A stretch of DNA of 64,000 nucleotides from a bacterium. Lineage in GTDB: Bacteria > SZUA-182 > DTGQ01 > JAFGSM01. Numbering within the stretch: position 1 is the stretch's first letter; every line of letters begins with the position of its first letter. The stretch is from contig JBLIRN010000010.1 of the NCBI GenBank assembly GCA_049472315.1, positions 1 through 64,000 of the forward strand, in the 5' to 3' direction. The notes under the pieces are model-generated. The model worked only from the letters and a program-made list of their open reading frames with translations. It had not been told where the DNA came from and made no database searches. This document shows positions 63,507-64,000 of this stretch, one piece after another. The translations under genes and the position numbers were made by a program.

Positions 63507-64000
63507 GTGCCGGCCTTTCCTTCCGCATTGACAGGCCGGCTGCCGCCCGTCCTGATCGCCTCCACGATCTCTTCTTCGGAATGGGTCAGGAGGAATTCCG
63601 GGGTAAATCCTTCCAGGAGTGTGTCATCCCACGGTATGTTCCACTCGGTCACCAAATCCATGATATCATTGTACTTCATCCCCAGGGCCCTGATCTTTTT
63701 GTCGAGTGGGAGCTCCCGGCAGAAGCTCACGTGCAGTACCGTGAGGAATGCCTCCATGTCCTTCTTGCCGAGAAGGGGAAAGATGATGATCCGTGCCTTG
63801 TCCCAGACACCGATTCCCACATACAACCGGTTGTTTTTCACGATCGCCCGCTTGGTGCCCCTAAGGGTATGATCCCGTTCCACCCTTGATTGCATCTCCT
63901 TGCTGATCCCGTATCGTTCTACAACCCGTATCTGTGATTCCGGGGTGGGGAGACCGAAGGGATCCAGGCCGGTCACGTGGTAGAGGGTTGCCCCCTCTAC
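63503..64000 (-). CDS. 3' end of a large protein truncated by the window edge, possibly a long GlmS-like SIS-domain protein
   Basis: Frame is open to the window edge; SRVERDHTLRGTKRAIV resembles C-termini of long GlmS-like proteins (recall only). Confidence 0.45.
   Translation of the reverse strand, partial: VEGATLYHVTGLDPFGLPTPESQIRVVERYGISKEMQSRVERDHTLRGTKRAIVKNNRLYVGIGVWDKARIIIFPLLGKKDMEAFLTVLHVSFCRELPLDKKIRALGMKYNDIMDLVTEWNIPWDDTLLEGFTPEFLLTHSEEEIVEAIRTGGSRPVNAEGKAGT

Overview
A 64-kb chromosomal window from a diderm bacterium (lptE, kdsB, lgt/lspA, dksA, ntrY). Gene content and order resemble Desulfobacterota/Nitrospirota/Nitrospinota-like lineages, but the taxonomy is inferred. Most of the window is housekeeping: trxA-leuS-lptE-holA, ileS-lspA-lgt, hisCBHAF, rimO, accBC, dgt-kdsB, rplM/rpsI-argJ-rpsB-tsf-pyrH-frr, tgt-yajC-secDF. 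Interspersed are uncharacterised secreted-protein genes: two cohesin-domain proteins with a C-terminal CF(I/V) motif, an 823-aa repeat protein behind a sigma-54-like promoter, and three dispersed paralogs of an unrecognised 620-740 aa family. The strongest signal is in the third paralog (56782..59004, minus strand). Its only interruption is one in-frame TGA that aligns exactly with a Cys (TGT) of paralog 2 and is followed by a SECIS-like hairpin, making it a candidate new secreted selenoprotein family. A recent nonsense mutation or sequencing error cannot be excluded. Other oddities: a HAMP protein plus multiheme cytochrome inside the rplM-rpsI operon, two copies of a ~125-bp composite REP/MITE-like element (one flanked by a 16-bp duplication of a gene end), a DPN tripeptide enriched in exported proteins, a parS-like site, and an AT-rich VapBC-type module. 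I saw no rRNA, tRNA or CRISPR array.
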